NCBI RefSeq assembly: GCF_006345805.1
Contig: NC_042999.1
Span: 111,786,001-111,850,000 of the forward strand
Source: Octopus sinensis
Lineage: Eukaryota
Reading direction: 5' to 3'
DNA length: 64,000 bases
This document shows, in pieces, positions 28,115-42,199 of the stretch (position 1 is the stretch's first letter; the number at the start of each line of letters is the position of its first letter). Under the pieces are notes generated by a model that did no database searches, had not been told where the DNA came from, and worked only from the letters and a program-made list of their open reading frames with translations. Position numbers and translations under genes: made by a program.

Positions 28115-28390
28115 CATATATATATATGTATATATACATATACATATATATATATGTATATATATAGATAATTATAATTTAGGGAATCTAAGAGATACCA
28201 CAACGCTGGAAATAGCAGCCAAAACTTGACTCTAAAACCATATTGAATGTTCATACAGCGCCAGGAGAGAAGACAAAAAGACAAAATAAACTAGCAAAAC
28301 ATTACTGGATAATTCCAGATCCCGGATTTCTGGCTCTGCGTATGAAATGCTTTGCCTCATCAGTGGAATATACACACCTCATAAATGCAA

Positions 28391-28471
<81 letters not shown>

Positions 28472-29722
28472 CAACATACGAATACTTACATATACGAACG
28501 TATACGTACATATATATGCACGTATGCACACGACCAGTTTAAATTGCCCGCCGATATGGTCAAAAATAACACCGCAGTGAGCATAAAGGGATACAAGTAC
28601 ACACATATACGCACAGATGCATATGCCTACGCACAGATGCCCACAATATACAAATACATATTTTCACATTAACAAAATTGTCTGTTTTTGTACTAAATGA
28701 TGTATTGTAGGTTTTCTTTCTCTATATTTCCACTTGAACTCCTCTCACTGTTTCATACTTGCACACCCTTCTGCCTCACCGTCACCAGTTACCCTACCCT
28801 CTCCACTTTCGAACTGGCTCCCCTTCAACGCTTTACTCGCATAAATCACTATTACACAGACATATCAACAATTCCACTACTCAACACCACTACTATAGAC
28901 ATACATGAACCCCCATACACGCACAAAAACCACATGCACAGAATTCTCCTACTTATGCTGATCTCAATACAAGGATACATGTGCGCCTACATCCTCGTAG
29001 TCTTCTCTTCTTAACTTTCCCATAGAACTTTCCTTGGCCCCTAAACCCGTCTTCGGTTTTTTTTTTCTTACAGAATTACCTTTCATCTTTCACTCACCTC
29101 AAACATAGCTGCTATAATCTTCTTCTGATAAAGTATTAGCACCCAAAGCGTTAAGAATTTTTCCTTTCCTGTAAAGCGTTAAGCCAACAAAATATCAGTT
29201 AAAATATCTTTCGTGAGTTGTCTTTCATTTTGTGTTCATTGCTTCTACAGCACACATAAACTCACACACACACACACACACACTCACATTTCCATACAAA
29301 TGTGTGTGTATATATATATATACATACATACGCACATATGTGTGTGTATGCGCGTGTATGCGTGTGTGTGCGTGTGTGTGTGTATACTACCTATATGTAT
29401 ACAGATATTTATAAAGTATTTTTTTGACTGGTTGATGTCCTATTGTGTGTGTGTGTGTATGTGCAACTAATATACATGTCGCTCCATTTATATTCATTGA
29501 AGGTTGATCTGGCAAGTGTGTTGTACTTATATGGCCAACAGGTGGAGTTGTGAACATTACACAGCTTACGTTTGCAATTGAATCTATGAATCACATTAAT
29601 CATTCAAGTTTGCATTATTGCATGTTTGCGGGTGTGAGGTGAATATATGTATATAGATACATATGTGTGTGTATGTACTTATACTCATATATATGTATAT
29701 ATATGTGCGCATACATATATGC

Positions 29723-29760
<38 letters not shown>

Positions 29761-30579
29761 TTGTCCATATGTGTATACATACATATATAAATACATAAAT
29801 GCATACATACATATACATGATACAAGAATCCATTAAGCATTTAAAAGTTACATAACATTTTCATTTTTTAATTTGAAACAATTTTGGATTCTATGTACTT
29901 TTTTGATTTTATATACTTTTAATACTACCGCTGCTATTTTGTTGTAAATATTGTTGAATACATGTATGTGTGTGTGTGTGTGTGTGTGTGCATGTGTTTA
30001 TTTCTTTGTTTGTGTGTTGTTTTATATATTTTTCAAACTATCATTATCAAAAGACTAGTGGCCATTCATTATACTAAAAATGGCATACTAAGATTGTGGA
30101 AACAAGAAACAAATTGTAGTTCTCTAAGCAGGCCAGCATTCGGAAGAGTTTCAAGGAATTTCAACTTCAGTTGAAAACTTGCCTAGATCTGGGGGATTTT
30201 AAACAGTTTCAATGCGACATAACACACTTTTAGCATTTGTTTCAACACAAATCTATGCTATTCAATGCGACAGCTTTCAAAGTTTCTCATTCAAATGTAT
30301 CAAAAAATACGCTGGTCGTGACAAGTTTTAAATTTGTCACTGTTCCAAAATTTATCTGACGGAGATGATGTGCAAGACTGACGATATTTAAAACACCACC
30401 GGCTCTATGACCAATGTTACAGACAAATTTTGAAAGACTTAATTCTAATGTCTGGGCGTTGTCAATAAGTTTAATTTTCCACACAATTCCCCATTTCAGT
30501 CACCCAAACTTGTTGTTTGGGTAGGTTACACAGCACAGCGTCATTTTGGTTCCTATTCTTTCACAATACTATCACAATG

Positions 30580-30665
30580 TCAGCTGAATGGACTGGAGCA
30601 ATGTGAAATAAAGTGTCTTGCTCGAAGATACAACGCACTGCCGGTAATTGAACTCAATACCCCTC
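30580..30665 (-). mobile_element. Fragment of a minor SINE family D; another copy at ~32410-32560 (+)
   Basis: tggactggagcaatgtgaaataaagtgtcttgctc matches the reverse complement of cttgaggaaaacacttcatttcacattgctccagtc at ~32470. Confidence 0.55.
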
Positions 30666-31156
30666 ACCACCAAACTACGCGCCACTTTTGGTTAACCCGT
30701 AGTTGCGACAGGATATTTGATGCAGTCACTTATATTTGGCTTTTGACTCTGAGAATCTTTCACCCGATTACTTCACTTCAAATTGCATTGCACATTGCAT
30801 TTAAATCGAAAAATCTGCTTATTTTTGCCAGGATATTTACAGTTAAAATGTAAGATCAGAGTGTTTGTCAACCTGTAAACACGTTTCCAAGTGCTTATTT
30901 TTCAATTGCAAGCCTCTAAACAGGAGGCAAAATTGTTAGATTTTGTCTCCATATTTGATGATGAAGTCCAACTATAGGTATGATAAAACTTTCGATGAAA
31001 TATAACAGAATAACATGAAATATTTCATGCCTAGTTTTAAAAAAACTCTGTGAAAATAAGTCAATAAATAATATCGATGTTAGTCTCGATATATTAAATA
31101 CCTCGCATTCAAACCTATTTAAAATAATAAAACAGAAGCGTTGTTATATATATATA

Positions 31157-31576
31157 GGCGCAGGAGTGGCTGTGTGGTAAGTAGCTTGCTAACCAACCAC
31201 ATGGTTCCGGGTTCAGTCCCACCGCGTGGCATCTTGGGCAAGTGTCTTCTGCTATAGCCCCGGGCCGACCAATGCCTTGTGAGTGGATTTGGTAGACGGA
31301 AACTGAAAGAAGCCTGTCGTATATAGGTATATATATATATGTATGTGTGTGTATGTGTTTGTGTGTCTGTGTTTGTCTCCCTAGCATTGCTTGACAACCG
31401 ATGCTGGTGTGTTTACGTCCCCGTCACTTAGCGGTTCGGCCAAAGAGACCAATAGAATAAGTACTGGGCTTACAAAGAATAAGTTCCGGGGTCGATTTGT
31501 TCGACTAAAGGCGGTGCTCCAGCATGGCCGCAGTCAAATGACTGAAACAAGTAAAAGAGTAAAAGAGTAAAAGAGT
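31157..31576 (+). mobile_element. SINE family A, best-preserved copy (tRNA-derived head)
   Basis: A box TGGCTGTGTGG, B box GGTTCAGTCCC, central TA/TG tract, GTCGA-N-TCGAC hairpin and an (AAGAGTAA)n tail. Confidence 0.9.
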
Positions 31577-31855
31577 ATATATTTATACAGGCGTACGTGG
31601 AAATATTTTCGTATAATGCAATTAATCGGTGCAGAACACGATGTCTAACAAAAAACCTAGATCAATGCAAGAGAAATAACAACTATAAGAAGCTTTAAAA
31701 AGTAATTCCCCTATCTCTGTATCTTTTAATTGTCAAGTGTCGTAGACCAATCCAAAATCGAAGCGATTGCCAGCATGTGGAGATTCTTTCCATATGAAAC
31801 CAGTGGTAGCACTGTTAATCTACAAATAAGTATGCATAGATACCTATATATACCT

Positions 31856-32324
31856 GGTCATCAAATCTAAGTAGAGACTTCAAACTTGAAATATTCAAAG
31901 CCACAGTCGAACCAATTCTACTATATGGCTCAGAAACCTGGACGTTATCAAAGAAGCTTGAGAGGCGGTTGGATGGAACCTACACTCGCCTCCTTATGAG
32001 AGCTCAAAATCTCTCGTGGAGGCGCCATCCAACTAAAATGCAAATATATGGGAAATTACCACCTGTGTCATCTCTTGTGAAAGGTAGGAGAGTCCAGTTT
32101 GCTGGACATTGTTGTAGAGCTGAAAAAGAAGTAATTTCTACTCTTCTCCTCTGGAAGCCATCTACTCGCAACACCAGAGGGCGCACACTCTCCTACCCTG
32201 ATGTAATCTCCAGGGATACAGGCATCCAGCAACAGGACCTCCGTAATGCTATGATGGACCGTGAAGTCTGGCGCAACATGGTAAATTCCATTGTCTCGAC
32301 CACGGTCGAACAATGATGATGATG
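31856..32324 (+). mobile_element. 5'-truncated RTE-clade LINE with an intact reading frame and TSD
   Basis: IFKATVEPILLYGSETWT...RRVQFAGHCCR...DREVWR, (TGA)n tail, 10-bp TSD ATATATACCT at 31846-31855 and 32325-32334. Confidence 0.9.
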
Positions 32325-32733
32325 ATATATACCTAAATGTGCATTCTGAAATATCCAATGGGAATCTGTGAAGGCGCGTCGCCAGGTGGTTAGGTTGTTG
32401 CCAGGTGGTAGAATGTAGGCCAAGCAGTAGAATGTTGGATTGAGTCCTAAAATGAGTGGCGAGTTGTGTTCTTGAGGAAAACACTTCATTTCACATTGCT
32501 CCAGTCGCCATTTCGATCAAGTGGAGAATGTTGGCCTGCTCATCTAGCCAGCAGGATGGTTTCATTAAAACGCTAAAATGATGCAAAGCGCATCACATGA
32601 TCACAATATATACATATGTAGGTATATATAACTTAAGTACCATATTCATCTGAATCTAAATTTTTGCTGAAGTTATAGATTTATATGTATATACTTTGAT
32701 ACTTTGATACTTTGATTATGTATATAAATATAT

Positions 32734-32828
<95 letters not shown>

Positions 32829-32837
32829 AGTATATAT

Positions 32838-32879
<42 letters not shown>

Positions 32880-32947
32880 CATAAATATATATATATGTAC
32901 ACACACACTCACACACGCACATATACATACATATGTCTACATATAGG

Positions 32948-33011
<64 letters not shown>

Positions 33012-33849
33012 TCTGAAATACCCCAATGGGAATCTAGGGACTCTTAGTATAGAAGCATTTGGTTGGAGTGTACAGTTGTGTACGTCATAGGGCACATACA
33101 GAAAGTAAGATATAAAAAGTTTGTATGATGTGAACAAACTCTCCTATTTTGTTTAACTCTCTACACACACATGCACACGCAGACAACTTACATAGATTTC
33201 TCCATAAATTAGTCTAAGGAAAACAGAAAAGATATAGAGCATTGATATTGAATATTACTCGATATTATTGTTTTGTTATTTATGTATAGCTTCTTCTGCA
33301 TTTCAGTGGCTTAAATAATATAGATTTACTTTCAATTATCTGAATACGTCGAATAAATTTATTCTCTTGTAGCTTGTACAGATAGAAGCTTCTAATTAAA
33401 TGATTGGAAGTTGCCATGGTTCACGTGATTCAGTGGTTTATCGCAGACATCTCTTCTATAGTGGACACGTGATTCAATGCCAGTAGGTGATTCTGTCTAC
33501 CTTTTCGTATATCGTATATTTCGTTTATTATTTATTCATAGATTTATTTGTATTTGAACTTCTTAAAAATAAAAATAAAAATAATAAACAAAAATACAAA
33601 CAAAAATTTGTTTTCAGATTCCTCAGTATTGCTAACAAAGGCCAAAACCAAAATATGTAAGATGCGCAATTCCATGACTACCACGTTCTGCAAACTCGAA
33701 CGTGAATACAACTTTTCGGTGTTGTATTTTGTCTCGAAAAAGGACGTGCCCATAATGGCGATGGATATAAAACCACATTCGCCCCAGGGGCTTGGTAGGA
33801 AATATAGTCAAGCATGTCAGTTACTATATACAAATGCATATATATATTA

Positions 33850-33887
<38 letters not shown>

Positions 33888-34051
33888 GGATCCCCTAACG
33901 GCGATGTAAACTTCATGTAGTCAAGATATCTTTCGCCTGAAAGTAGCTTGTGGTACACCCATCGTTTGGATAATTACTACTTCCGAGGTTCCGCTTGTAA
34001 TGAAACATTATATACTCCATTCCTCGACACACAAACACACACGCACACACA

Positions 34052-34082
<31 letters not shown>

Positions 34083-34109
34083 CATACATACACACACACA
34101 CACATGCAT

Positions 34110-34230
34110 ACGACGGGCTTCTTTCAGTTTCCGAATTCACCCACACTTGCCCAAGGTGCCATGCAGTGAGACTGAACTCGGAACCATGTGGTTAGGAAGC
34201 AAGTTTCTTACCACACATCCACACCTGCGC
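34110..34230 (-). mobile_element. SINE family A, head with internal deletion
   Basis: cgacgggcttctttcagtttccg...cacttgcccaaggtgcc...cttaccacac. Confidence 0.75.
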
Positions 34231-34298
34231 GATTATATATTATGAATATATATATATTAATCAATAAATAAATGCTATATATATATGCTATATAAATG

Positions 34299-34338
<40 letters not shown>

Positions 34339-34473
34339 GCTGTATATATTATGAATATATACAATTATAAATAATAAAATTTTCCCCTTAGAAGGTATTC
34401 TTCATATGCTGGCCACTGATAAAATCTTTCAATAAATTTTTATCCCTATGTTAGAAATGTATATAAATATATA

Positions 34474-34549
<76 letters not shown>

Positions 34550-34851
34550 CATGTATATGTAAATACATACGCATACATATATATGTAAATGAACAAGGTA
34601 ATACATACACGCGCAATATATATATTTTTTTTTTTGATAAAAATTAATCTCATTGTATTTTGGTAGGGTCATTTTTGCCAATATAATTATATAATTTAAT
34701 TTCGGCTTATCACTTCTGCGATGCTGTGAGACGCCTATGTAGAGGCAAATCATCTAGCCTTTGAACATTACCGTAAATTATTCCTTCTTTTCTCATGCCT
34801 GGTGCTAAAAAGTGTCTTTTTGGAATTCTAACTTGGCATCCATTGTGATAG

Positions 34852-35030
34852 TATTTCAAAGGGTCAGCTTTGCCACATCCTGAGTCGCGCTGAATCTCCC
34901 TGGGAACTACGTTAAGGGTTCACGTATCTGTGAAGTACTCAGCCACTTGCACGTTAAGTTTACGAGCAGGCTGTTCCGTTGATCGGATCAACTGGAACCC
35001 TCGTCGTCGTAACCGACGGATTGGCAAACA
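34852..35030 (+). mobile_element. Probable 3' portion of a SINE (family C)
   Basis: gaactacgttaaggg...gatcggatcaactggaaccctcgtcgtcgtaaccgacgg. The link to the family C head is from recall of this repeat and is not shown in the window. Confidence 0.5.
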
Positions 35031-35766
35031 GTCCAGTGTATAATTTAACTATAAAATGAAATGGATGAGAATTTTTGAATTGTTTACGTTCTACGCTTCA
35101 TAGGAGAACTTTGTAAATTCTATTAACAATTATCTGCTGAAGGACTTTCTGACGCATGTGGCTCATTTTCTTTGTCTATCCGCTAATCTATTGATTGTGG
35201 CCATTATCTTTTGGATATCACTCAGCGGAATCATTCCTATACATCTAGATGATGAAATCATAAACCAAAGATTCATATCGGATTAACCAAATAATTTTAA
35301 GGCTCATCTTGAGCAGATAATATTTTTTATTATTCAACAGACAGGAAAATTGCAAAACAAGACTAATCTGAACGGTAGACTTAATTTTGAGGGGGAGACT
35401 TAATTCGCATACAAGTTTGGGTGTCATAAGCAATGATGCCTTTCGTGTAAGCATTTGGGCATATCGAAAAAGTATGTAGTTAATCTATGTCACCCTTGCA
35501 CAAGTATGTAGTTAATCAAGATTGTTTATGTGAGAGTATGAAATCAATATACAGATATAACACAGATGATATAAACTATGGAAACAGCCAGATGTAAAAC
35601 CATTAAACAATTTCAAACAAGGATATGGCAATTTTTTTTTCATTTGCTTCGCATCAAAGGCATCTTAATTTTATTTTCTCAGACCTAAATAAACCTTAAT
35701 TGAAAGCATTTTAGCAGTTTAGATATGGCCATCTCGTCTTTTTAGAGTTATAGAGGACCTCTATAC

Positions 35767-35868
35767 CTAATGTATCTTTCCTTGTTAAAAGATTGATTTG
35801 AGAGATATTTGGTTGCTAGTTCTAGCAGCTCTGTTGCCCATGTAAAGGCCACTTCATTGTCAGGCATG
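35767..35868 (-). CDS. Candidate 102-nt symmetric internal exon; the peptide resembles a PH-domain C-terminal helix
   Basis: Acceptor ttttccgtcag, donor AG|gtatag, open frame MPDNEVAFTWATELLELATKYLSNQSFNKERYI. By eye it resembles EVAKEWTNEVFSLATNLL of PLC-beta. Confidence 0.35.
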
Positions 35869-37290
35869 CTGACGGAAAATTTAAACGTAAAATAATATCC
35901 AATTTGTAACGTTTTAAAGGTTTCACACAGACACACACGCATAAATATACTCTCTCTCTGTCACACACGAACATACATACACACACCTACGCACACATAA
36001 ACAGACACACACACAAATATTTATTGATAAGTGAAGAGATGGTTTATTACCGACCTGCCCAATTCTTGTCAATATTGAAATGTTCAGCCAATAATTAAAA
36101 GATATACAAACATATGGGAATTTGTAGCTATAAAAATACATTTAGATAACCAAGTTTGGAAGTCAAAAGTTCATGTTCAAGATTACATATAATTGGCAAA
36201 GAATCATTATGAAGCTATTGCCCTGGAGCATTAAAGAAATAACATATAAGCACAAGCATAAATACATATATGCAAACACATGTGCACGCAGACATGGGCA
36301 TGCGCAAGTGTTTATATATATATTTATAGTGTCTATATACATTATATCATAAACTATCTCCTGCAATGAAATGAAAATGCCCATGTTCATGTGTGTGTTT
36401 GTGTGTGTGTGGGGGGGGGGGGTTGTGCGTGCGTGTGTGTGTACGCGCATGTGTGTGTGTAAAAATGTATAAGAATATTACTGTTAATAATTTACGATAA
36501 TATCAGTGACTAGCATGCGTTAAAAGAACCATAAAGGCGAAATTATCAATTAATAATGAAGGGTACTACTTGTAGCACCAACATGCTAAAGATAGCAGTC
36601 AAAACGACTCAAAACCACAGTTTTCACTTGTACACAAGGGTGAAATCGAGGGAACGGTCAGTAAAATTTTAAAACCCCGTATTATAGACGAAAAGAATCG
36701 AAAATGGCAGAATTCTGGTAGAAACAATGTAAGTAGTTTGGTTTCCATTATTGATGAACATTGTTTATAAAAATGGTTTATCCTTTATGTTTGAAGCCTA
36801 TACGACCATCTGAAGAGAGCAGTTTCTTTCAAATTGATATAATGTTCTCATTAATTAATTAATTAATTAAACGGAGCCGCTTGAAACGGCCGTAATGAAC
36901 AAACACTTATTTATTTATATTCTGTTCACCTAATTTGGAATTTGCACTTCGGAAATACTATAGAAATGATCTTTATATAAAAAGTACGTCTGAATTACCA
37001 AGAGCGGATATCTTCACTTAGGTGGTTGAGCGGTCTGCAGGTACGACAAGAATATGAGATAGAAACATCCCTACACGAAGTTCTGATATTCAATATTCAA
37101 TAATATTGTTGAGGTGTGCGGACTATACCGAACTAGCAAGGTGCCTCAATATAAGTACCTAATTCAACTGAATCTTAATTATATTTTATGTGTGAGTGTA
37201 TGCGTGTATAAACATATATATATATATATATTTTTTTTTTTGTACTTGTTTCAGTCATTTTACTGCGGCCATGCTGGAGCACCGCCTTTA

Positions 37291-37449
37291 GAGTGGTGAA
37301 AGAGTACAGCAGGGATCACCACCATCCCCTGCCGGAGCCTCGTGGAGCTTTTAGGTGTTTTCGCTCAATAAACACACACAACGCCCGGTCTGGGAATCGA
37401 AACCGCGATCCTCCGACCGCAAGTCCGCTGCCCTAACCACTGGGCCATA
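37291..37449 (-). mobile_element. SINE family C head (tRNA-like), adjacent to a family A tail at 37220-37290
   Basis: Reverse complement of 63857-64000; anticodon-loop-like gacttgcggtc and B-box-like ggtttcgattccc. Confidence 0.8.
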
Positions 37450-37779
37450 TATATATATATATATGCAAACATATATACATACATGTGTGTACGTACTTGC
37501 TTGTATGTGTAAGAATAGTATTAACTTGTATAATCAATGTAAAAAAAAAACTCTTCTTTAATAGGGGTTCACCTGCGGCTACATGACAACCGTTGCAAAC
37601 ACAGATTAGATGTGATTAGATAACTTTATTTCAGGATATCTTCTAAATTTTCTTAACCACAAACAAACACACACACATATATATATGTATGTGTAAATAT
37701 ATGTGTGTGTTCGTGTGCACATATAAATATTTTAAAATATGCATGTATATATATATATATATTTATATATACATATACA

Positions 37780-37835
<56 letters not shown>

Positions 37836-38059
37836 CACAAACGCACACACACACACACATATATATATATTTATATACTCACACTCACATATGTATATAA
37901 ATATTTTATTCACACAATTGTTTTTGAGTTCTTTAGTTTAAGTGGCCTAAAATAGGTTCTTTTGAAATTGTCAATTTCTGGCATGTGTGTGTGTGTCTGT
38001 GCGTGTGTGTGTGTGTGCGTATTTGTGTGTGCGTGCGTGTGTGCATTTGTGCGTGCACG

Positions 38060-38094
<35 letters not shown>

Positions 38095-40269
38095 TCTATA
38101 TGTGTGTATAACATCGCATGAAGATAGGCTAGAGAGAACGTTGTTCAATATCTGCTGCAGAAGACGTTACATTTCATCCATACGTGAGACAGGTAAATAG
38201 TGTTCGGTTACTGTTGAGCTCCAGGTCAATCATAATGGAGCAGACCTTTGATCAATGATGTTCCAGCCATGACTATCCCACTTGATTTCGAACATTTTGT
38301 ATCTAGTACTACGTCATCCAATGCATCTATTTTTCACAGCAATGGAAAGTGAATTAAAGGACCGTGCATAGTGTTTGTGGTAGGACAAAGTGACCAGACA
38401 GTCTAATGGTACTTTTACTGATAGCTTCTAAATCCTCCTTCAGCCATACGAATTAGTGGAAAATTTCTCCCGTTCCCCGCTCTTTATTAATGAGGACTCT
38501 AATGATTTTGCATCCGTCCTTATATTTGTTCTTTCTTCACCATGTTATTAGAAATCATTAAAAGTTTAAAACCATCTTTTATGAAACATCCATTTTTTAA
38601 TTTTACAATCCTGAAAGACACACATTCCTGTTGGCCTGTCTCACTTTTAGAGTCGTTGAGATAGCATGTTCTTCAGTGGATTGTTTTTAGGTGTATGTCG
38701 TTTTAACCCCAAACCATTAGTCACTGAACACATTTATTATGAAAACTTAAAACTATTTTAAGGGCAATATGGCTGCTGGTTTTAGTAGGTTGAAGGTCAC
38801 TTTGAATGTCTCGTTTTCTCAGGACTAAGAATTGGTATTGATAATACACATCATTCATAACAGTCGTTTTTCTACTCAAAATCAAATATAGCTTTATATA
38901 ACTGTATTGCAATTTTCATTGGTTTGGGCTTAATTGAATCTGACATTTAGTTTCAACCATAGGCCACATTTTCCATTTTGTTTACTGTATGTATGCTATG
39001 GAAAAATAAAAGAATGAACAGTATAATTCTCCATTTCTTTTTTTCTGTAGACCAGATATCTGATTCTTTTGTATGAAATCATTATTAATTTTAGTTTGGT
39101 GATTCGTTGTACAGGAGCTTCAAAACTATCGCTTACCTAATTATTGTTTCTCCTTCAGTTGTTTATTTTGGAATAACGTGTCACCAATGGCGTCTTAAAG
39201 GACCGAAACACACCTGTTTCTTTTGCCAGTAGGCTTTTTTAAAGACCGGATCTATTCCAATTTTAATTAGAACCTTGTCTCAGTTCAAAAATGGGTCCAG
39301 TTTAACAATGCTTAATCCTTAAATATATACACATCCTTCATATTTTCCGCTCGTCTATAAGGTGGATTATCCATTTGATAAACAATAATCCTTTTAAAGA
39401 GAAGAAATATCAAGCTTTTGTTCGCCGACAGTAAACAATTAGACTTGCTAATGTTTTAGTTTGGTGAAAGAAATAGGCATAACCACTGTGGTGTTGGTAT
39501 TGTATCATTAATATAGCTGCTGACAGTTGTTATAATGTATCATGTATGGTAGTAACCATGTATTTTAACCGGAATATGAAGATTCTGAGCCTTCCAGTTG
39601 ATTCATTGATCAACTTTATTAACGCTGGCTCATGTTTGTGATGACACTAGACAATTCTTCACTTTGCTTCGTCAATTTTTTTTCTTTTTTCATATATGCC
39701 ATGTTCTGTTTTAGCACAATCCAAACATGGTTGGTTTCTTTTACTGTAATAGTGAATTCAACAGTGATAATATTTTTTTCAAAATGTCATGGCAAAAGTT
39801 TTTGCATTGATTTCTGTTTGAAGAATTCTTATTCTTTTCTTTTACTTATTTTATCAGAATTGTTTTTCACAGTAAAATTTTTATTTCAGTATGTTTCTTT
39901 TGCTTTTCCTATGATAACTAAAAGAGATATTTGCTGACTAATTATTTAACTTTTTCAATGTTCATCATATACCAGACCCCCAATTCATATTACTAAGTGT
40001 GAAGAGCTTTTTCTCTTATTTCCTAGTAGTGCTTGTTCTATCTTTTCTTTTTTATAATTTCTTTCTTCTGATTTATGACAAGTTTGCTCGAGGGACTACT
40101 TAAAGTTTAGTTCTGTTATCATTGATACAACTAACACTACCGAATATATTATTTTGTTCAGCATGTTAGCATATTAGCTTCTTTACATGGATAACACTGT
40201 GATTTTTGTTTTGTTTGTTTTTTCTTTTTAAAGCATTCGCTCGTTACAAGGCCCTTAGATCACTGAAAA

Positions 40270-40740
40270 CGTAAGAGTTACTAGTATAAAATGGACGCTA
40301 TACAGAAGCCAATAGGTGACGATGTACATTAGACTTAAAAGACTGGAGATCATATTGAAGAGCAAATAAGACTGTGGAAGGAATTACGGAGTTCAGGGGT
40401 ACGGGGGAAGAAACTGGTACTGTAAAGTGCTTTACGACACTTAGGATGTTGCACAGTATACTGATGAGAACTGGATGCAAGTCTAGCTGAAACGCTGATA
40501 AGTTCTTAAAGGAAGAACCAGAGAAGAGAGATCAGCTTAACAATGTCCATGAAAATACTTCTAGAAAAGAGACAAGGAAGCCACACGACGACGATGAGAG
40601 AGTGAATCCAATTTAGAAGATAGTTCAGGACCAATAGCATTACAAATACGGCGTTGAATGCGGTCCAACAGAGTTAAACAATCCGCAGGAGCACCAACCC
40701 ATATGTAACAACAGTACTCAATGCAGGTGGACTTATAAAG
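40270..40740 (-). mobile_element. Degenerate CR1/L2-group LINE 3' end
   Basis: HIWVGAPADCLTLLDRIQRR...LDSLSHRRRVASLSLF*KYFHG...FLPRT..LRNS. Confidence 0.75.
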
Positions 40741-41689
40741 ATAAGGAATAGTCTCAGGAGTTTCCCAAGTTTATTTACTATATCTTAGTATTAAGATATT
40801 ACCATTATATTATTCATTGTACTATTTTGTTTCTGTTGTAGACTCAAGGATAGCGATTTTGAAAGGTGGCGATTAGGTGATGCTGTCACCCCTAGTACTT
40901 CACTGCAACATTTTACCCCAAAATTATTCACTTTAACTTTGCAGTTCATCCCTTCGGATGAATACCAGTCAATTCAACGATATCGACTTATTCTCGCCCC
41001 AAAGAAAGGACTCTGACAGAGAAAACTAACAACACCAATTGATTGTTCAATCACCACATTAAACAAACCAGTTAATTGGTAAAATAAAGAAGTGACATTG
41101 ATCCAACGCGTTTGTTTGTTTTACTTTTATTGGTATAATGACACTCCATCTTTATTATTTTACTTATAATAAAAAAAAGACGGTGTATTTGTAGAGTCGT
41201 AAGATCGCCATTTAATATGCCTTTACAGTATTTAGTTACGTAACGCTGAGTTCAAACTTCCGTCGACTTGCACCCATCTACTGTCATGTAAGAAAATACT
41301 TCGTGAAATATAAAAAACAAAAACTCCTCTTATCTATTGGGTTGGTGTCTAATTATTGCGGCTTTTTTTTTTTTGCAGCAAATTTTATTCAACAAAAACA
41401 ATAAAAATATTTAACAAAAACATCTTTAAATGACGGTCTGACCGTCTGCCAAACAAATGGGAAGCAGTAAGAGAAGTAGATAGTGAATATCATTTAAAGA
41501 TGTTTTTGTTACATATTGTTATTGTTTTTGTTGAATACAATTTGTTGAAAAAAAGCCGCAATAATTATGCACCAACCCGATATATATTCAAGATTCTCTT
41601 GTTAGTATTTTTATCTTTCTCAGTTTTTATACATTATTTTTCTCAACCTTCTTTATTACAATGTTTTTGCTTGTTTGTTATTCTTTTCT

Positions 41690-42050
41690 TTTATTCTTAT
41701 ATTTATTTCAGTCATTTGACTGCAGCCATGCTGAAGCTCCACCTTCAAGGATTTTAGTCGAACAAATCGATTCCAGGACTTATTTTTAAAGCCTAGTACT
41801 TATTCTATCGGATTCTTTTGCCGAACCGCTATATTACGGGGACGTAAACACACCAACATCGGTTGTCAAACGGTGATGAGTGGACAAATACACACACATA
41901 TACGACGGGCTTCTTTCAGTTTCCGTCTGCCAAATCCACTCACAACGCCTCGGTCGACACGAGGCTAATGTAGAAGACACTTACCCAAAGTGCCGTGGAG
42001 TGAGACTGAACCTGGAACCATGTGGCTAAGAAGCAAGCTTCTTACCAAAC
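41690..42050 (-). mobile_element. SINE family A
   Basis: Tail and head are collinear with the consensus. Confidence 0.85.
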
Positions 42051-42199
42051 ATTTTGTTTTGTATCTTATTTTATTTTATTTTTGCTTTCGTTCTTCATCC
42101 TTTTTTTTTTTATTATTCTGATCTATATTTGATGAATATCAATGTAAATTCTGTGTCTCTGTCAAAAGTGGTCGTTATGGTCGTTTTCGGGTATTGCCC

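Noticed and set aside
33020-33130. Peptide VPYDVHNCTL resembling the Cys-loop receptor FPFD.Q.C motif
   Set aside because: The first Cys of the loop is absent and there is no convincing exon context.
33619-38192. Plus-strand micro-exon candidates at ~33619-33657 and 38161-38192
   Set aside because: Too short to distinguish from chance without transcript data.
40455-40500. CTGATGAG...GAAAC hammerhead-like spacing
   Set aside because: It lies antisense within LINE coding sequence, stem II is poor, and there is no NUH triplet or stem I.
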